Of a stretch of DNA of 64,000 nucleotides, positions 1-10,170 are shown piece after piece. The position numbers were made by a program, and so were the translations under genes. Position 1 is the stretch's first letter, and every line of letters begins with the position of its first letter. Origin of the DNA: an uncultured Nitrospiraceae bacterium (GTDB lineage: Bacteria; Nitrospirota; Thermodesulfovibrionia; Thermodesulfovibrionales; Dissulfurispiraceae); NCBI GenBank assembly GCA_963727805.1, contig CAVSHF010000003.1, positions 2,336,001 to 2,400,000 on the forward strand. The letters run 5' to 3'. The notes beneath the pieces were generated by a model, which worked only from the letters and a program-made list of their open reading frames with translations, had not been told where the DNA came from and did not search any database.

Positions 1-173
1 TAAAAATAATTCCCTGTTTCTTAAGTACCGACGATGTAGATTTAAGCAACTCTGCAGAAGCTGACACCGCTTGAGAGTTCAAAGAGTTGTTTTCACAGAT
101 AACCTTTCGAAAAATTATCGGACTATTTTGGGTAGGCTGTGTGAACAGGGTCGACAGTCCCTTGAATGCCGGA

Positions 174-851
174 TTATGAGAATTTTATATAATTTTCCCA
201 GACGAAAAGGACTTCCTTAGTTGCTTTAAGATCTCCTGCGCAATACCGCGCTATATCGATGTGCCGTCCGGACTGAAAAAGATTCTTCACGTCGCTCCCG
301 GTGATGCCGTCCGCCTTGGGGCTCGGGATGCCGAATGTCCTGCACCACATATCGAGTGGAAATTTTCTCTTCGCCGCGCCGTAAAAAGTGAGCTGGTCGA
401 AGAGGTCTATGTGGGTGCCGTTATTACTATAGCGATACGGCATCAGGTCCCGCGTCGGCTTTACCTTGTTAACTGCTGAGCGGACAATAATAAAAGGGCA
501 GTCGAAGGCTCTCCCGTTGAACGTGACTATCTGGTCATATGCCTTGACAGTGTTCCAGAATTTTTCGAGGAGCTCTTTTTCGGTGCAGCATTCGAAGCGA
601 ATGCCATGTTCTTCAAAGGGCAGAAGCTCTCCGCCGGGTGCTTGAAAATAGACAGCCCCTTTATTCGTATCGGGATTAAGCATACCAATGGCGACGATCT
701 CGCCGGTGAGAGGGTACAAGGAGAGGGTCTCTTTGACCCTCTCCTCTTCTTCTTCGTTCTCAGCCCACTTTAAGAGGTATTCCCTGACTGCGGGATCAAG
801 GGAATCGAAATCAGCTCCGACGGTTTCGATGTCGAAGATGACCCGACCCAT
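174..851 (-). CDS. Stand-alone RNase H-like 3'-5' exonuclease (PolB-exonuclease-related, DEDDy)
   Basis: ExoI FDIET, ExoII TFNGRAFD and ExoIII YCAGD motifs; start overlaps the ctpA stop (TAATG). Confidence 0.85.
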   Translation of the reverse strand: MGRVIFDIETVGADFDSLDPAVREYLLKWAENEEEEERVKETLSLYPLTGEIVAIGMLNPDTNKGAVYFQAPGGELLPFEEHGIRFECCTEKELLEKFWNTVKAYDQIVTFNGRAFDCPFIIVRSAVNKVKPTRDLMPYRYSNNGTHIDLFDQLTFYGAAKRKFPLDMWCRTFGIPSPKADGITGSDVKNLFQSGRHIDIARYCAGDLKATKEVLFVWENYIKFS

Positions 852-2149
852 TATGCTGCCTTCTTCGAAATCTTTTCTATGACCTCCCAGGTTTTGAGTG
901 CATCAATGGCCCTCTGAAGCTGCACGTCATCCTTCTCCTCAACCTCCAGGGGGACCTTGTCCTCGTCAGCAGGTGCCTGAATGTTCTTTTCGTTTTGGAG
1001 GTGGCCTTCCAGGTCTTTCTCCCTGATTACCGACATCCCCTTGCCGTCCTTTGCCTCGAGCTTGACGACAATGTCGGGGGTAATGCCGACATTCTGAATA
1101 CTCGTTCCATTCGGCGTATAATATTTTGCTGTAGTAAGGCGCAATCCCGATCCGTCGCTCAATGGGATAAGGGTTTGGACTGAGCCTTTGCCGAAGGTCT
1201 GGACCCCGACGATGATCGCTCTGTTCCAGTCCTTCAACGCCCCGGCAACAATTTCCGAAGCACTCGCGCTTCCCTGGTTCACCAGAACAACCATCGGCAA
1301 GTCGACATAAGAGGGCACTTCACCCTCGGTAAAGTACTCTATCTTGTCTCCGTCTCGCCCCTTAATGTAAACAACCAGTTTTTTGGTAGGCAGAAATTGT
1401 CCGGCTACGTCGACTGCACTGTTAAGCAGACCGCCCGGATCATTCCTAAGATCGAGAATAATGGACCTCATGCCCTTATCCTTCAGACTTTTGAGAGCTT
1501 TGGTAAGATCCTCAGCGGTCATCTCCTGGAACTGCGTGAGTTTGATATACCCGATATCATCCTTCAGCATCCTTGACTTCACACTCTTGATTTTGATGAT
1601 GTCCCGCACGATGGTAATGTCTTTTGGCTCAGTCCACCCTTCCCTGTATATGTTCAGGATAACAGGCTTTCCCTTGGCTCCACGCATCTTAGTGACAGCA
1701 TCCTGGATATTCATACTCTTTGTAGACTCGCCGTCAATCTTCAAAATCTTGTCGCCCGCCTTGAGACCCGCTTTGTAAGCCGGGGTGTCCTCTATTGGCG
1801 CGATGACCGTAAGAATGCTATCCTTGACTCCGATCTGGATCCCTAATCCGCCAAATTCACCCTTGGTCTCAACCTGGAATTCCTTGAAGGCCTCGGGACT
1901 CATATACCCGGAATGGGGATCAAGAGACGACAGCATACCTTTGATTGCTCCGCTTATGAGTTCCTTTGTCTTAACCTCATCCACATAATTCTTCTTGATG
2001 ACGTTGAGGACGTCGACGAAGGTCCTCAAATCTTCATACGTGCTCTGAGCGTTTACAATCTTGGTACTCATCACGCCGATAGCGATCGCAGCCAGAACAA
2101 CGCCAACCACGACAGCGCTAATTATCATCAGTCTTTTCTTCGAATGCAT
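851..2149 (-). CDS. ctpA: Carboxyl-terminal processing protease, S41 family (PDZ + peptidase)
   Basis: N-terminal TM segment, GGLGI PDZ, DLRNDPGG, SASASEIVAG, TFGKGSVQ; start set at ATG 2149 behind GGAGG. Confidence 0.93.
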   Translation of the reverse strand: MHSKKRLMIISAVVVGVVLAAIAIGVMSTKIVNAQSTYEDLRTFVDVLNVIKKNYVDEVKTKELISGAIKGMLSSLDPHSGYMSPEAFKEFQVETKGEFGGLGIQIGVKDSILTVIAPIEDTPAYKAGLKAGDKILKIDGESTKSMNIQDAVTKMRGAKGKPVILNIYREGWTEPKDITIVRDIIKIKSVKSRMLKDDIGYIKLTQFQEMTAEDLTKALKSLKDKGMRSIILDLRNDPGGLLNSAVDVAGQFLPTKKLVVYIKGRDGDKIEYFTEGEVPSYVDLPMVVLVNQGSASASEIVAGALKDWNRAIIVGVQTFGKGSVQTLIPLSDGSGLRLTTAKYYTPNGTSIQNVGITPDIVVKLEAKDGKGMSVIREKDLEGHLQNEKNIQAPADEDKVPLEVEEKDDVQLQRAIDALKTWEVIEKISKKAA

Positions 2150-2154
2150 TTTAT

Positions 2155-3375
2155 TTATCCTCCGGATTTCCTCAGCCATTGCTGGGGGTCAAGCGGTTTG
2201 CCTTTATACCGTATTTCAAAATAGAGGCCACTTGCTCCCAAAGCAGTGGATTCGCCTACCTCTCCTATAGCCTCATTCTCTTTTATTATAGCGTCATTTG
2301 CCAAAAAAATCTTTGCGAGGTTCCCATAAAGGGTATGGTAACCACCGCCGTGACTTATAACAACGAGCTGACCGTACCCTTTGAATTCGGCCGCGTATAC
2401 GACCTTCCCCGCCGAAACAGCGGTTACCGTCGAACCCGTAGCGGTCCTGATATGAATACCGCTTCTGAAAACGGGGAGATTAAAGAGGGGATCAACCTGC
2501 GAGCCATACCTGATGGCGAGCTTTCCCCTCACCGGCCAAGGTAGATGGCCCCTCTGCCTAGTGAAAGCGCTGTCTTCTGGCAATTCCTCAGGCGCGGACT
2601 TTGCCCCCCTGGACCCTCTTTTCCTAGCGGGTTTTTCCATTTTTTCCGATTCCCGGATGATCCTCTGCAGCCTCTCAGAGTCTCCTTTCAATTCCTCGAT
2701 CATGCTCTGATAGGTATCCTTCTCTTTTCTGACGCTCGCCAGCAGCGTTTCTTTTTCCTTTTTCTTGGTCATCGTTGAATCTTCAAGCATCGCCAGATTG
2801 CGCTCTTCAGTCTTTAGGTTATTTAAGAGATCGCCGAGTTTTCGCTTCTTGTCCTTGATCCGCCCAAGCGCCTCACGATAGCTTTGAATGGAATCATTAT
2901 AGCGGTTCGATATTTCGCTGAGTGATCTCGAAATTCTTAATATCGTAGCCGGGTCCTCATCGCTGATCAGCATGAGAATTACCTCTTTTTCACTATTGAT
3001 CCTTTGAAGGGTCCGAAGTCTTGTTCTCAGGCGTTGCTTTTGAGACGCGATGCTCTTGGACTGCACGTTCATTTCTGATTCGAGGGCAGCAATGTTGCCT
3101 TTGAGCGATTTGATCTGGTTCTTCGTCGCGGTTATCTGGTCTTCCAGATCGTTCAGCTGGGAGTCGACCTTTCTTAGATCAGAGATGACCGACTTCTCGG
3201 TTCTCGTTGCCTCGGCAAGCTTTTTTTTCTGCTTCCTGATGTCACTCTGGACCTTCTTATATTCCTCGCGGGGACTCTGTGCAAATGCACACGCCCCCGG
3301 CACTGAAAGCAGCACGCCGAAGGTTACACAGAGAAGAATAAAATGAGAGAAAAATGCACCGTATTTTTTCCGCAT
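2155..3375 (-). CDS. envC: Murein hydrolase activator, EnvC family (coiled coil + degenerate M23)
   Basis: Signal peptide, long coiled coil, LPWPVRG...GYGQLVVISHGGGYHTLYG...LYFEIR; downstream of ftsEX. Confidence 0.88.
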   Translation of the reverse strand: MRKKYGAFFSHFILLCVTFGVLLSVPGACAFAQSPREEYKKVQSDIRKQKKKLAEATRTEKSVISDLRKVDSQLNDLEDQITATKNQIKSLKGNIAALESEMNVQSKSIASQKQRLRTRLRTLQRINSEKEVILMLISDEDPATILRISRSLSEISNRYNDSIQSYREALGRIKDKKRKLGDLLNNLKTEERNLAMLEDSTMTKKKEKETLLASVRKEKDTYQSMIEELKGDSERLQRIIRESEKMEKPARKRGSRGAKSAPEELPEDSAFTRQRGHLPWPVRGKLAIRYGSQVDPLFNLPVFRSGIHIRTATGSTVTAVSAGKVVYAAEFKGYGQLVVISHGGGYHTLYGNLAKIFLANDAIIKENEAIGEVGESTALGASGLYFEIRYKGKPLDPQQWLRKSGG

Positions 3376-3380
3376 CGCTC

Positions 3381-4259
3381 TTACAGTCTGAGTCTGCCGA
3401 CGGAAATGAGTGACCCCGCGATTCCCATCAATATTCCTGCGATGGGCATGAGGACAACGATTTCCACAGGCATGATCAGGGTCCTGAGTAAAGGCATGAA
3501 GGCGCTGAAGCTCGTCGTAAGAATAAAATAGAAGATGGCAGCCCCAAGCGTAGCAAAGAGCCCTCCAAGGAAGCCGATGACCCCTCCTTCGATAAGAAAG
3601 GGCGCACGGATAAAGCCCCCGGTTGCGCCGAGGAGCTTGATGATCTCTATCTCGCTCTTTCTGCGGTAGAAAAGGATCTTGACGGTGCTCGAGATCACGA
3701 AAAGCACTACAAAAATAATTATCCCAAGGATTATCAAGCTGAAGTTCTCGATGGAGGTTTTCAGAAGAGCGACCGTCTCTGCTATCTTCTCTTCGTAATA
3801 GATATCATCAACACCAGGCAACTTTCTGATGTCCGCCGATATGTTTTTTACGGAAGATCCGGTAACGCTCTCTTTTTTTAGTTTCAGTTCGATGGCCGCA
3901 GAGAGGGGATTCTCGTCAAGCCCTTCGATTACATTGCTCACATCCCTCAGGGTGCGTTTCAATTCAGTCAATGCCTGCTCCCTGGAAATATATTTCGCCC
4001 CTGCGACATACTCCTTGTTCCTCAGCTGGCTCATCACCTTCTGAATATCCTGCGGCTCGATACTGTCTTTGAGGTATACCACCATAGTGAATTTTTCGGG
4101 CAGTGTACGGGTAACAATATCCACGTTATAGATTGTAATGAGCGCCATGGCGCTTACTAGAAGACTTGCCGCAACGGTAAAGATCGAAAGCAGGTTGATC
4201 CATTTCTCCTTCATAAGACTCTGCAGCGCGGTCCTCGTCGAATAGGATATATGCTCCAT
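3381..4259 (-). CDS. ftsX: Cell division permease FtsX
   Basis: Four TM segments, ENPL, EIEIIKLLGAT..FIRAPF; coupled to ftsE. Confidence 0.92.
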   Translation of the reverse strand: MEHISYSTRTALQSLMKEKWINLLSIFTVAASLLVSAMALITIYNVDIVTRTLPEKFTMVVYLKDSIEPQDIQKVMSQLRNKEYVAGAKYISREQALTELKRTLRDVSNVIEGLDENPLSAAIELKLKKESVTGSSVKNISADIRKLPGVDDIYYEEKIAETVALLKTSIENFSLIILGIIIFVVLFVISSTVKILFYRRKSEIEIIKLLGATGGFIRAPFLIEGGVIGFLGGLFATLGAAIFYFILTTSFSAFMPLLRTLIMPVEIVVLMPIAGILMGIAGSLISVGRLRL

Positions 4260-4921
4260 CAGCCGATCTCCTCTCCCAAAAGCACGCCGCTATCGAGTCG
4301 GATGACCCTTTTACCGGTATTTTTATAAAGGTCCCTATTGTGAGTGGCAATGAGTATCGTTGTGCCGTGAATGTTTGCCTCGTAAAACAACTTCGCAATA
4401 TGCCTGGCCGTATCGGGATCGAGGTTGCCTGTTGGCTCATCAGCCAAAAGCACGGAGGGCTCCGAAACCATTGCCCGCCCTATAACGACCCGCTGCTGTT
4501 CCCCGCCTGAAAGGGTAACGGGATAGTTGTCAGCCTTGTGTCGCAGGTGAATATTCTTTAGGGTCTCAAGGGCGAGACCTTTGATTTCCTTTTCTTTCCT
4601 TCCCCTCACTCGGAGAGCAAGGGCGATATTGTCATAAACAGTGAGATTATCCAGAAGCTTGAAATCCTGGAAGACGACCCCGATGCTCCGCCTGAGGAGG
4701 GGTATTTCAGAAGGCCTCAAATTACCGATGTGGAAGTCTCCAACCATGACTTCGCCTTCGTCAGGCAATTCAGCCGCGTAGAGGAGCTTGAGAAGTGTCG
4801 ATTTTCCAGCACCAGTAGCTCCGGTGAGAAAGACCATCTCCCCCTTCGAGACCGAGAGGTTTATGTTCTTAAGGACAGGCTGCTGATCATAATATTTCGT
4901 GACGTTCTGAAAAAATATCAT
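4259..4921 (-). CDS. ftsE: Cell division ATP-binding protein FtsE
   Basis: Walker [39 protein letters not shown]. Confidence 0.95.
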   Translation of the reverse strand: MIFFQNVTKYYDQQPVLKNINLSVSKGEMVFLTGATGAGKSTLLKLLYAAELPDEGEVMVGDFHIGNLRPSEIPLLRRSIGVVFQDFKLLDNLTVYDNIALALRVRGRKEKEIKGLALETLKNIHLRHKADNYPVTLSGGEQQRVVIGRAMVSEPSVLLADEPTGNLDPDTARHIAKLFYEANIHGTTILIATHNRDLYKNTGKRVIRLDSGVLLGEEIG

Positions 4922-5895
4922 TTCAAATTATCTTTGATTATATCCACCATGTTGCTACTAGTAAGGCCGTAGAGCTGCATCAGCTCCTTCGGAGAACCGG
5001 AGCAGCCGAAGGTATCCCGGACCCCAAGCTTCACGATCTTGATCGGATGATGTTCGGAAAGAAATTCCGAAACCGCGCTTCCGAGCCCGCCGATGATTGA
5101 ATGCTCTTCAGCGGTGAGGATGAACTTCGACTTTTCCGCCGCCGCGAGCAGCGCCTCGCTATCCAACGGTTTGATGGTCGACATGTTGATGACGCCCGCG
5201 TCGATCCCTTTCTTAGCAAGCATCTCTTGGGCTTCGAGCGAAGGAGCGACCATGATACCCGTGGCTACTATCGTGGCATCTTTGCCGATCGAATAGGTAT
5301 ACGCCTTCCCGATCCTGAACCTATAGCTTTCGGGCATTACCGGAGGCACCTTGGACCTGCCAAGCCTGACGTAGACCGGCCCTTCATATTCTGCAACAGC
5401 GTCGATCGCCTGCTTTGTCTCGAAGCCGTCGGCCGGGACGATCACGGTCATGCCCGGAAGGACACGCATGAGAGCAATATCCTCTAAGGCTTGGTGTGAC
5501 GCGCCGTCTTCGCCTACTGTGATACCACTGTGAGTTGCTACGAGCTTCACGTTGAGATGGGAGTAACACAACGTCTGCCTGATCTGCTCCCATGCCCTAC
5601 CGGTCTCGAAGACCGCGAAGGTCGATGCAAAGGGTATCTTGCCGGTAAGCGAAAGTCCGCCAGCCGTGCCGACCATGTCCTGCTCCGAAATCCCCATGTT
5701 GAAGAACCTATTGGGAAAGGCCTTTGAGAAGCCCTTTGTCTTAGTCGAGCCTGAGAGGTCCGCATCGAGCACGACGATATCTTTATTCCTTTTGCCGAGT
5801 TCCAGAAGTGCGGACCCATACGCGTCCCTAGTGGCGACGGCCTGCCCGGCAAAATCGGTCCTTTGTGTTTTCTGTTCCTGCTCTCTACTTCCCAT
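4918..5895 (-). CDS. Transketolase C-terminal subunit (split transketolase)
   Basis: DADLSGST, GISEQDMVG, GEDGASHQ, AEEHSIIGGLG. Confidence 0.93.
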   Translation of the reverse strand: MGSREQEQKTQRTDFAGQAVATRDAYGSALLELGKRNKDIVVLDADLSGSTKTKGFSKAFPNRFFNMGISEQDMVGTAGGLSLTGKIPFASTFAVFETGRAWEQIRQTLCYSHLNVKLVATHSGITVGEDGASHQALEDIALMRVLPGMTVIVPADGFETKQAIDAVAEYEGPVYVRLGRSKVPPVMPESYRFRIGKAYTYSIGKDATIVATGIMVAPSLEAQEMLAKKGIDAGVINMSTIKPLDSEALLAAAEKSKFILTAEEHSIIGGLGSAVSEFLSEHHPIKIVKLGVRDTFGCSGSPKELMQLYGLTSSNMVDIIKDNLK

Positions 5896-6727
5896 TTCCG
5901 CTCAGTTCCTTTATCGCGATTTCGAGTTCATCCTTTGTCGGAGTAATCCCATGGTACTCCACCTTGCCTTCGAAGAGAGAAACTCCCTTGCCTTTGACTG
6001 TCTTTGCGAGAATCATGCAAGGTTTTCCCTTTACCTTTTCTGCCTCATCGAGGGCATCGACAATGGCCTGCATGTCATGACCGTCCACAGGTATCGTATA
6101 CCAGCCGAAGGCCTTCCACTTATCGTTAACTGGCTCGATATTCATGACATCGCAGCATTTGCCGTCGATTTGCAGCCCGTTCAGGTCAACAAAACCGCAA
6201 AGATTGTCGAGGCCGTAATGGCTCGCCGTCATAGCCGCTTCCCAGACCTGGCCTTCCTGCGTCTCTCCATCGCCAAGTAGGCAATAGACCCGCGACGGGT
6301 TTTTGTCGAGACGGAGCCCAAGGGCGATGCCATTGGCAATGGACAATCCCTGGCCGAGTGAGCCTGTGGATATTTCCACTCCGTCGAGCAGTTTTGAAGA
6401 TGGATGACCCTGGAGCGGACAACCGACTCTTCTGAGTGAGTTCAGAAGGGATTTGTCAAAATAACCCGTAAGCGCAAGCGCGGCATAGAGTACGGGTGCC
6501 GCATGGCCTTTCGAAAGTATGAATCGATCTCTGCCCGACCAATACGAGTCATCGGGCCGGTGCTTCATTTTATAAAAATAGAGTGCTGTAACGATGTCGG
6601 CAGCCGAAAGAGAGCCACCGGTATGGCCGGAACCCGACTTTTCGAGCATCGTGAGGATCTCGATCCTTATCTCTCTCGCCCTCTCTTTGAGATACCCGAT
6701 ATCGCGTGAATTAAGTATCGCTTGCAT
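5885..6727 (-). CDS. Transketolase N-terminal subunit
   Basis: SGHTGGSLS, DRFILSKGH, LQGHP, GSLGQG, TPP motif GDGE...N. Confidence 0.95.
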   Translation of the reverse strand: MQAILNSRDIGYLKERAREIRIEILTMLEKSGSGHTGGSLSAADIVTALYFYKMKHRPDDSYWSGRDRFILSKGHAAPVLYAALALTGYFDKSLLNSLRRVGCPLQGHPSSKLLDGVEISTGSLGQGLSIANGIALGLRLDKNPSRVYCLLGDGETQEGQVWEAAMTASHYGLDNLCGFVDLNGLQIDGKCCDVMNIEPVNDKWKAFGWYTIPVDGHDMQAIVDALDEAEKVKGKPCMILAKTVKGKGVSLFEGKVEYHGITPTKDELEIAIKELSGNGK

Positions 6728-6809
6728 ATTAATCCTTTCTAGTAAATAATCGTTTTATTATATAACAAGCAATTCAAAAAATGCTGTGGTTCGGCGATAG
6801 GATGAAGCG

Positions 6810-6974
6810 ATGGGGCAGCGGTGGATTACTTTAAGTGCGAGGGTTGGGTCTTCAGGGACAGAGCGAGAGCCCGAAACAATTATCCCTCGGGAGAGAATGT
6901 CTATTCATTCAAGATAAAAAATATGGTAATGGAGACTAATTCCTCGCACTTCAAATAACACGATGCCCTCCCAT
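6810..6974. repeat. Imperfect long inverted repeat (~45-bp arms) in the kdsA-tkt intergenic region
   Basis: Perfect core AAGTGCGAGG (6833-6842) / CCTCGCACTT (6942-6951), extending imperfectly on both sides. Confidence 0.6.
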
Positions 6975-7002
6975 TGGCAAGTCAATGAAGATGGATTAGA
7001 AT

Positions 7003-7821
7003 CTATCGCACATCGAGTGCGCTTATCATCTTTATGATGCGCAGGAGCTGTTCTACTTCATCGAGCCTGATCATATTAGGACCGTCACACTTAGCTCTAT
7101 CAGGGTCGGGATGGACCTCCATAAAAAAGCCGTCAACGCCCGCCGCTGCTGCAGCGCGCGCAAGGGGGACGGCGTATTCCCGCTGTCCTCCGGAGCAGCC
7201 TCCCTGGCCGCCAGGGAGCTGAAGGCTGTGGGTCACGTCGAAGATGACTGGATAGCCGAATGAGCGCATTATCGGGAAAGACCTGAAATCGACGACTAGA
7301 TTGTTGTAGCCGAACGTTGTGCCACGCTCGGTGAGCAGCAGCTTCTCATTGCCTGTTGAGATGAACTTCCCGATGATGTTTTGCACGTCCCAAGGTGCAA
7401 GAAATTGTCCCTTCTTTACGTTGACCGGCTTGCCCGTATTTGAAGCCGCGACGAGAAGGTCCGTCTGCCTACAGAGAAAGGCCGGTATCTGGATCACATC
7501 GAGGACTTCGGCGGCGGGCCGTATCTCCTCGATGGAATGGATATCTGAGATAACCGGGATATCGAACCTGCTTTTTACCTCGGCAAGCAATCTCAGGCCC
7601 CTCTCGAGGCCCGGCCCCCTGAAGGACGTCACAGATGTCCTGTTTGCCTTGTCGAATGAGCTCTTGAATATGAATGGAAGCCCGACTGACCCACAGATCT
7701 CCTTGAGCTTCTGGGCTGCCTGAAAGGTGATATCTTCGTTCTCGATGACGCAGGGGCCGGCAATAATCAATGGCGGATTATTGCCGCCGACCACGATATT
7801 TCGTATCTCAATTTCTCTCAC
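7003..7821 (-). CDS. kdsA: KDO 8-phosphate synthase
   Basis: [53 protein letters not shown]. Confidence 0.97.
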   Translation of the reverse strand: MREIEIRNIVVGGNNPPLIIAGPCVIENEDITFQAAQKLKEICGSVGLPFIFKSSFDKANRTSVTSFRGPGLERGLRLLAEVKSRFDIPVISDIHSIEEIRPAAEVLDVIQIPAFLCRQTDLLVAASNTGKPVNVKKGQFLAPWDVQNIIGKFISTGNEKLLLTERGTTFGYNNLVVDFRSFPIMRSFGYPVIFDVTHSLQLPGGQGGCSGGQREYAVPLARAAAAAGVDGFFMEVHPDPDRAKCDGPNMIRLDEVEQLLRIIKMISALDVR

Positions 7822-7841
7822 GAAAACCTCGCTCTATTTCT

Positions 7842-8546
7842 TCAACCAAGCTCCGGCGTCGGTCTGTATCCACCGGCCGGGCGGCGCCTTTTGACGCCAT
7901 GAGTCAGCAAAAGATTTCTGCAACTTCGGCTCCGCATCCGAGCCAAGTTTATCCTTTTCAGCCTCTCCTCCATATCCTTAAAGCTAATCTTATTGTCCGG
8001 ATTTTGGTTCACGACGTCAACACCTCGCAGAAAGCCTCTCTTCACAAGGTATTCAGTGCTGCATCATGGATTTTTCCGCGGACGATAAAAACATCGTTTG
8101 CGAGCGTTGCCAGTATGCCTATGTGGCTGTATGGGTAATCTTTGAAAAAACTCAAAATACCCCGGTTCAATACGCCCATCATTCCTGAGCAGGTACCGAG
8201 AATTGAGATGTTCTGAATAGCCTCAACGCTGATCCGTTGTGACACGCCCTTCGTGTCGACAGAGTCTATATCCGGGACAAAGCGCGTCGGCTGACCGTAT
8301 TCCATTTCCAAACCCTTAATCGACCCCTGAATAATCCCGGTAATTTCCCCGAAGCGTGATAGTACCTATGACGATCCGTAACTTTCGGACTCCTGTTTCT
8401 CCGCTTTGTTCTGGACTAACCGCCGGAAGATTCCCGAGTGATTCCCGATGAAAAAAGTCGAATGAAAAGATTAATACAAGACATGCGAAAAGTAGTGGAA
8501 AGAATACTTTTCCTTGTGGATGCGACCTTTTTCGCTGCTCTATCAT
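7842..8546 (-). pseudogene. Eroded gene for a large envelope protein (YdbH/AsmA-like C-terminus); boundaries approximate
   Basis: GEITGIIQGSIKGLEMEYGQP...YPYSHIGILATLANDVFIVRG continues after a frameshift as KRGFLRGVDVVNQNPDNKISFKDMEERLKRI; a hydrophobic N-terminal segment lies near 8546. Confidence 0.55.
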
Positions 8547-8749
8547 TTCTCTAAACAGTATATCACGCGAAAATATCACCCAGAGCACCCCGGGCCTGCC
8601 CATTATACAATGAAGAACTCTGAAACAACCGTCAATCGGCCTGCTTACACATTTCTTACTGTCTATGCACGGTATTGATCAGCTGCTACAGGCCACCCTC
8701 TCTCCCATCAGGAACCCATTAAAAATCTCATCGAAGAGAGGGCTGTAGC

Positions 8750-9204
8750 CATGAAGGTTCACAGTACTTGAAGATCGAAATGGGCAGTGTAGGCGACGGG
8801 CGCTGCTGCGCGTGAGCCCGTAATAAAGCCGTCTTCGGGTGGCTGGCGAAGCACTCCACATGCAGTCTTCTTGAATTCAGGGATTTCACCGATGAACAAA
8901 ATTCCGTGATGTAAGCGATCTCAACCGGTAGCAAGAATTGTCCGCCTCCTATCAAAGTTACATCTTAGATCGTTCAATGCGGGAAACGATATGGCCTCAT
9001 GGCAAGAAGGGACTGCCACGAACGGGAGACCTGTCACGCTGTGTATCTTCGTCATATCGAGCGCTATTTAAAGGTCATCCGCGGAAGTATCGCGGAGAGA
9101 CACCAAGCAAGCGTGCGGCAGGCCCCGGGCTGCGATATCAACCTCGACTTCGATCGGTGAGCGTCAATGCCGACAACATGCGCACTTAGTGCCCTGGATA
9201 GCAT
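8750..9204 (-). pseudogene. comM: Degraded comM/YifB (Mg-chelatase-like AAA) gene with large internal deletion
   Basis: MLSRALSAHVVGIDAH/IEVEVDIAARGLPH joined to ILPRMTF/ALDMTKIHSVTGL/QSLLAMRPYRFPH*TI*DVTLIGGGQF/HHGILFIGEIPEFKK...VLRQPPEDG; several stops and frameshifts. Confidence 0.85.
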
Positions 9205-10087
9205 TCCTCTTTTCGAACCTCTCTTCTATGTCGCGGATAATCTGGTGCCGCGTCTTCCCCCACTGAGGCGCGATGAGGATCTCATCAGGAGATGTCGCAA
9301 AGAGCCGCTGCAGCACAATGTCGGGCGAAAGCCTCTCGACGAAGTCGACGAGAAAGTCGAGGTACTCCGCATACTCGAATGTATGAAACGGGTTGAGATG
9401 GTACTGCCCGGCAAGTACAGTATTCTTTATGACCTGAAGCTGATGAATCTTGAGGAACTCAAGCGGGAGCATCGAAAGCTCATCAGCCATAGCGAGCGTT
9501 TCATCCCGCGTCTCGGTAGGGAGGCCGACAATAATATGGGCGCCGATGTGGATACCCTTGCCCACGGTCAGTTTCAGTGCATCGAGAAAAGTCCGATAAT
9601 TATGCCCCCTGAGAATGTAGTCGAGGCTTTTATCATAGATCGACTGGAGGCCGTATTCAACGACGATGAAATGGTCTTTTGCTAGAGATTCAATGAGCGC
9701 GATCTTTTCAGTATCGACGCAATCGGGCCTAGTCCCGATGGCAAGCCCGAGTATCGAGGGCTCAGAAAGGGCTTCGCGATATAGTTTCTCAAGTTCATCA
9801 ACGGGTGCGTAAGTATTCGTGAATGGCTGAAAATAGACAAGGAATTTCCCGGCCTTATACCGCATCGAGAGGTAGCTTATTCCCTTTTTGATCTGGTCCC
9901 TAAGCGGGGTCTCGGGCTTGCACCCCGTAGGTCTGAAACTGTCATTGTTGCAATAGATGCACCCTGTAGTACCAACCGTCCCGTCCCTATTGGGGCATGT
10001 GAAGCCAGCGTCAACATTCACTTTGTAGACTCTAGCGCCGAACTTCTTCCTCAGATACGGCCCAAAGGCATTGAATCTGGAGCTCAT
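9164..10087 (-). CDS. Radical SAM protein, YhcC/TIGR01212 family
   Basis: GFTCPNRDGTVGTTGCIYC, YFQPFTNTY, IGTRPDC, GLQS, KIHQL. Confidence 0.92.
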   Translation of the reverse strand: MSSRFNAFGPYLRKKFGARVYKVNVDAGFTCPNRDGTVGTTGCIYCNNDSFRPTGCKPETPLRDQIKKGISYLSMRYKAGKFLVYFQPFTNTYAPVDELEKLYREALSEPSILGLAIGTRPDCVDTEKIALIESLAKDHFIVVEYGLQSIYDKSLDYILRGHNYRTFLDALKLTVGKGIHIGAHIIVGLPTETRDETLAMADELSMLPLEFLKIHQLQVIKNTVLAGQYHLNPFHTFEYAEYLDFLVDFVERLSPDIVLQRLFATSPDEILIAPQWGKTRHQIIRDIEERFEKRNAIQGTKCACCRH

Positions 10088-10170
10088 TTTTAATTATCGA
10101 TTTTTAGAATCCGTAATGTCAAATGGCCTCTGTTCTGATATACTATAAACAAAAAAATCAGGAGGATATC

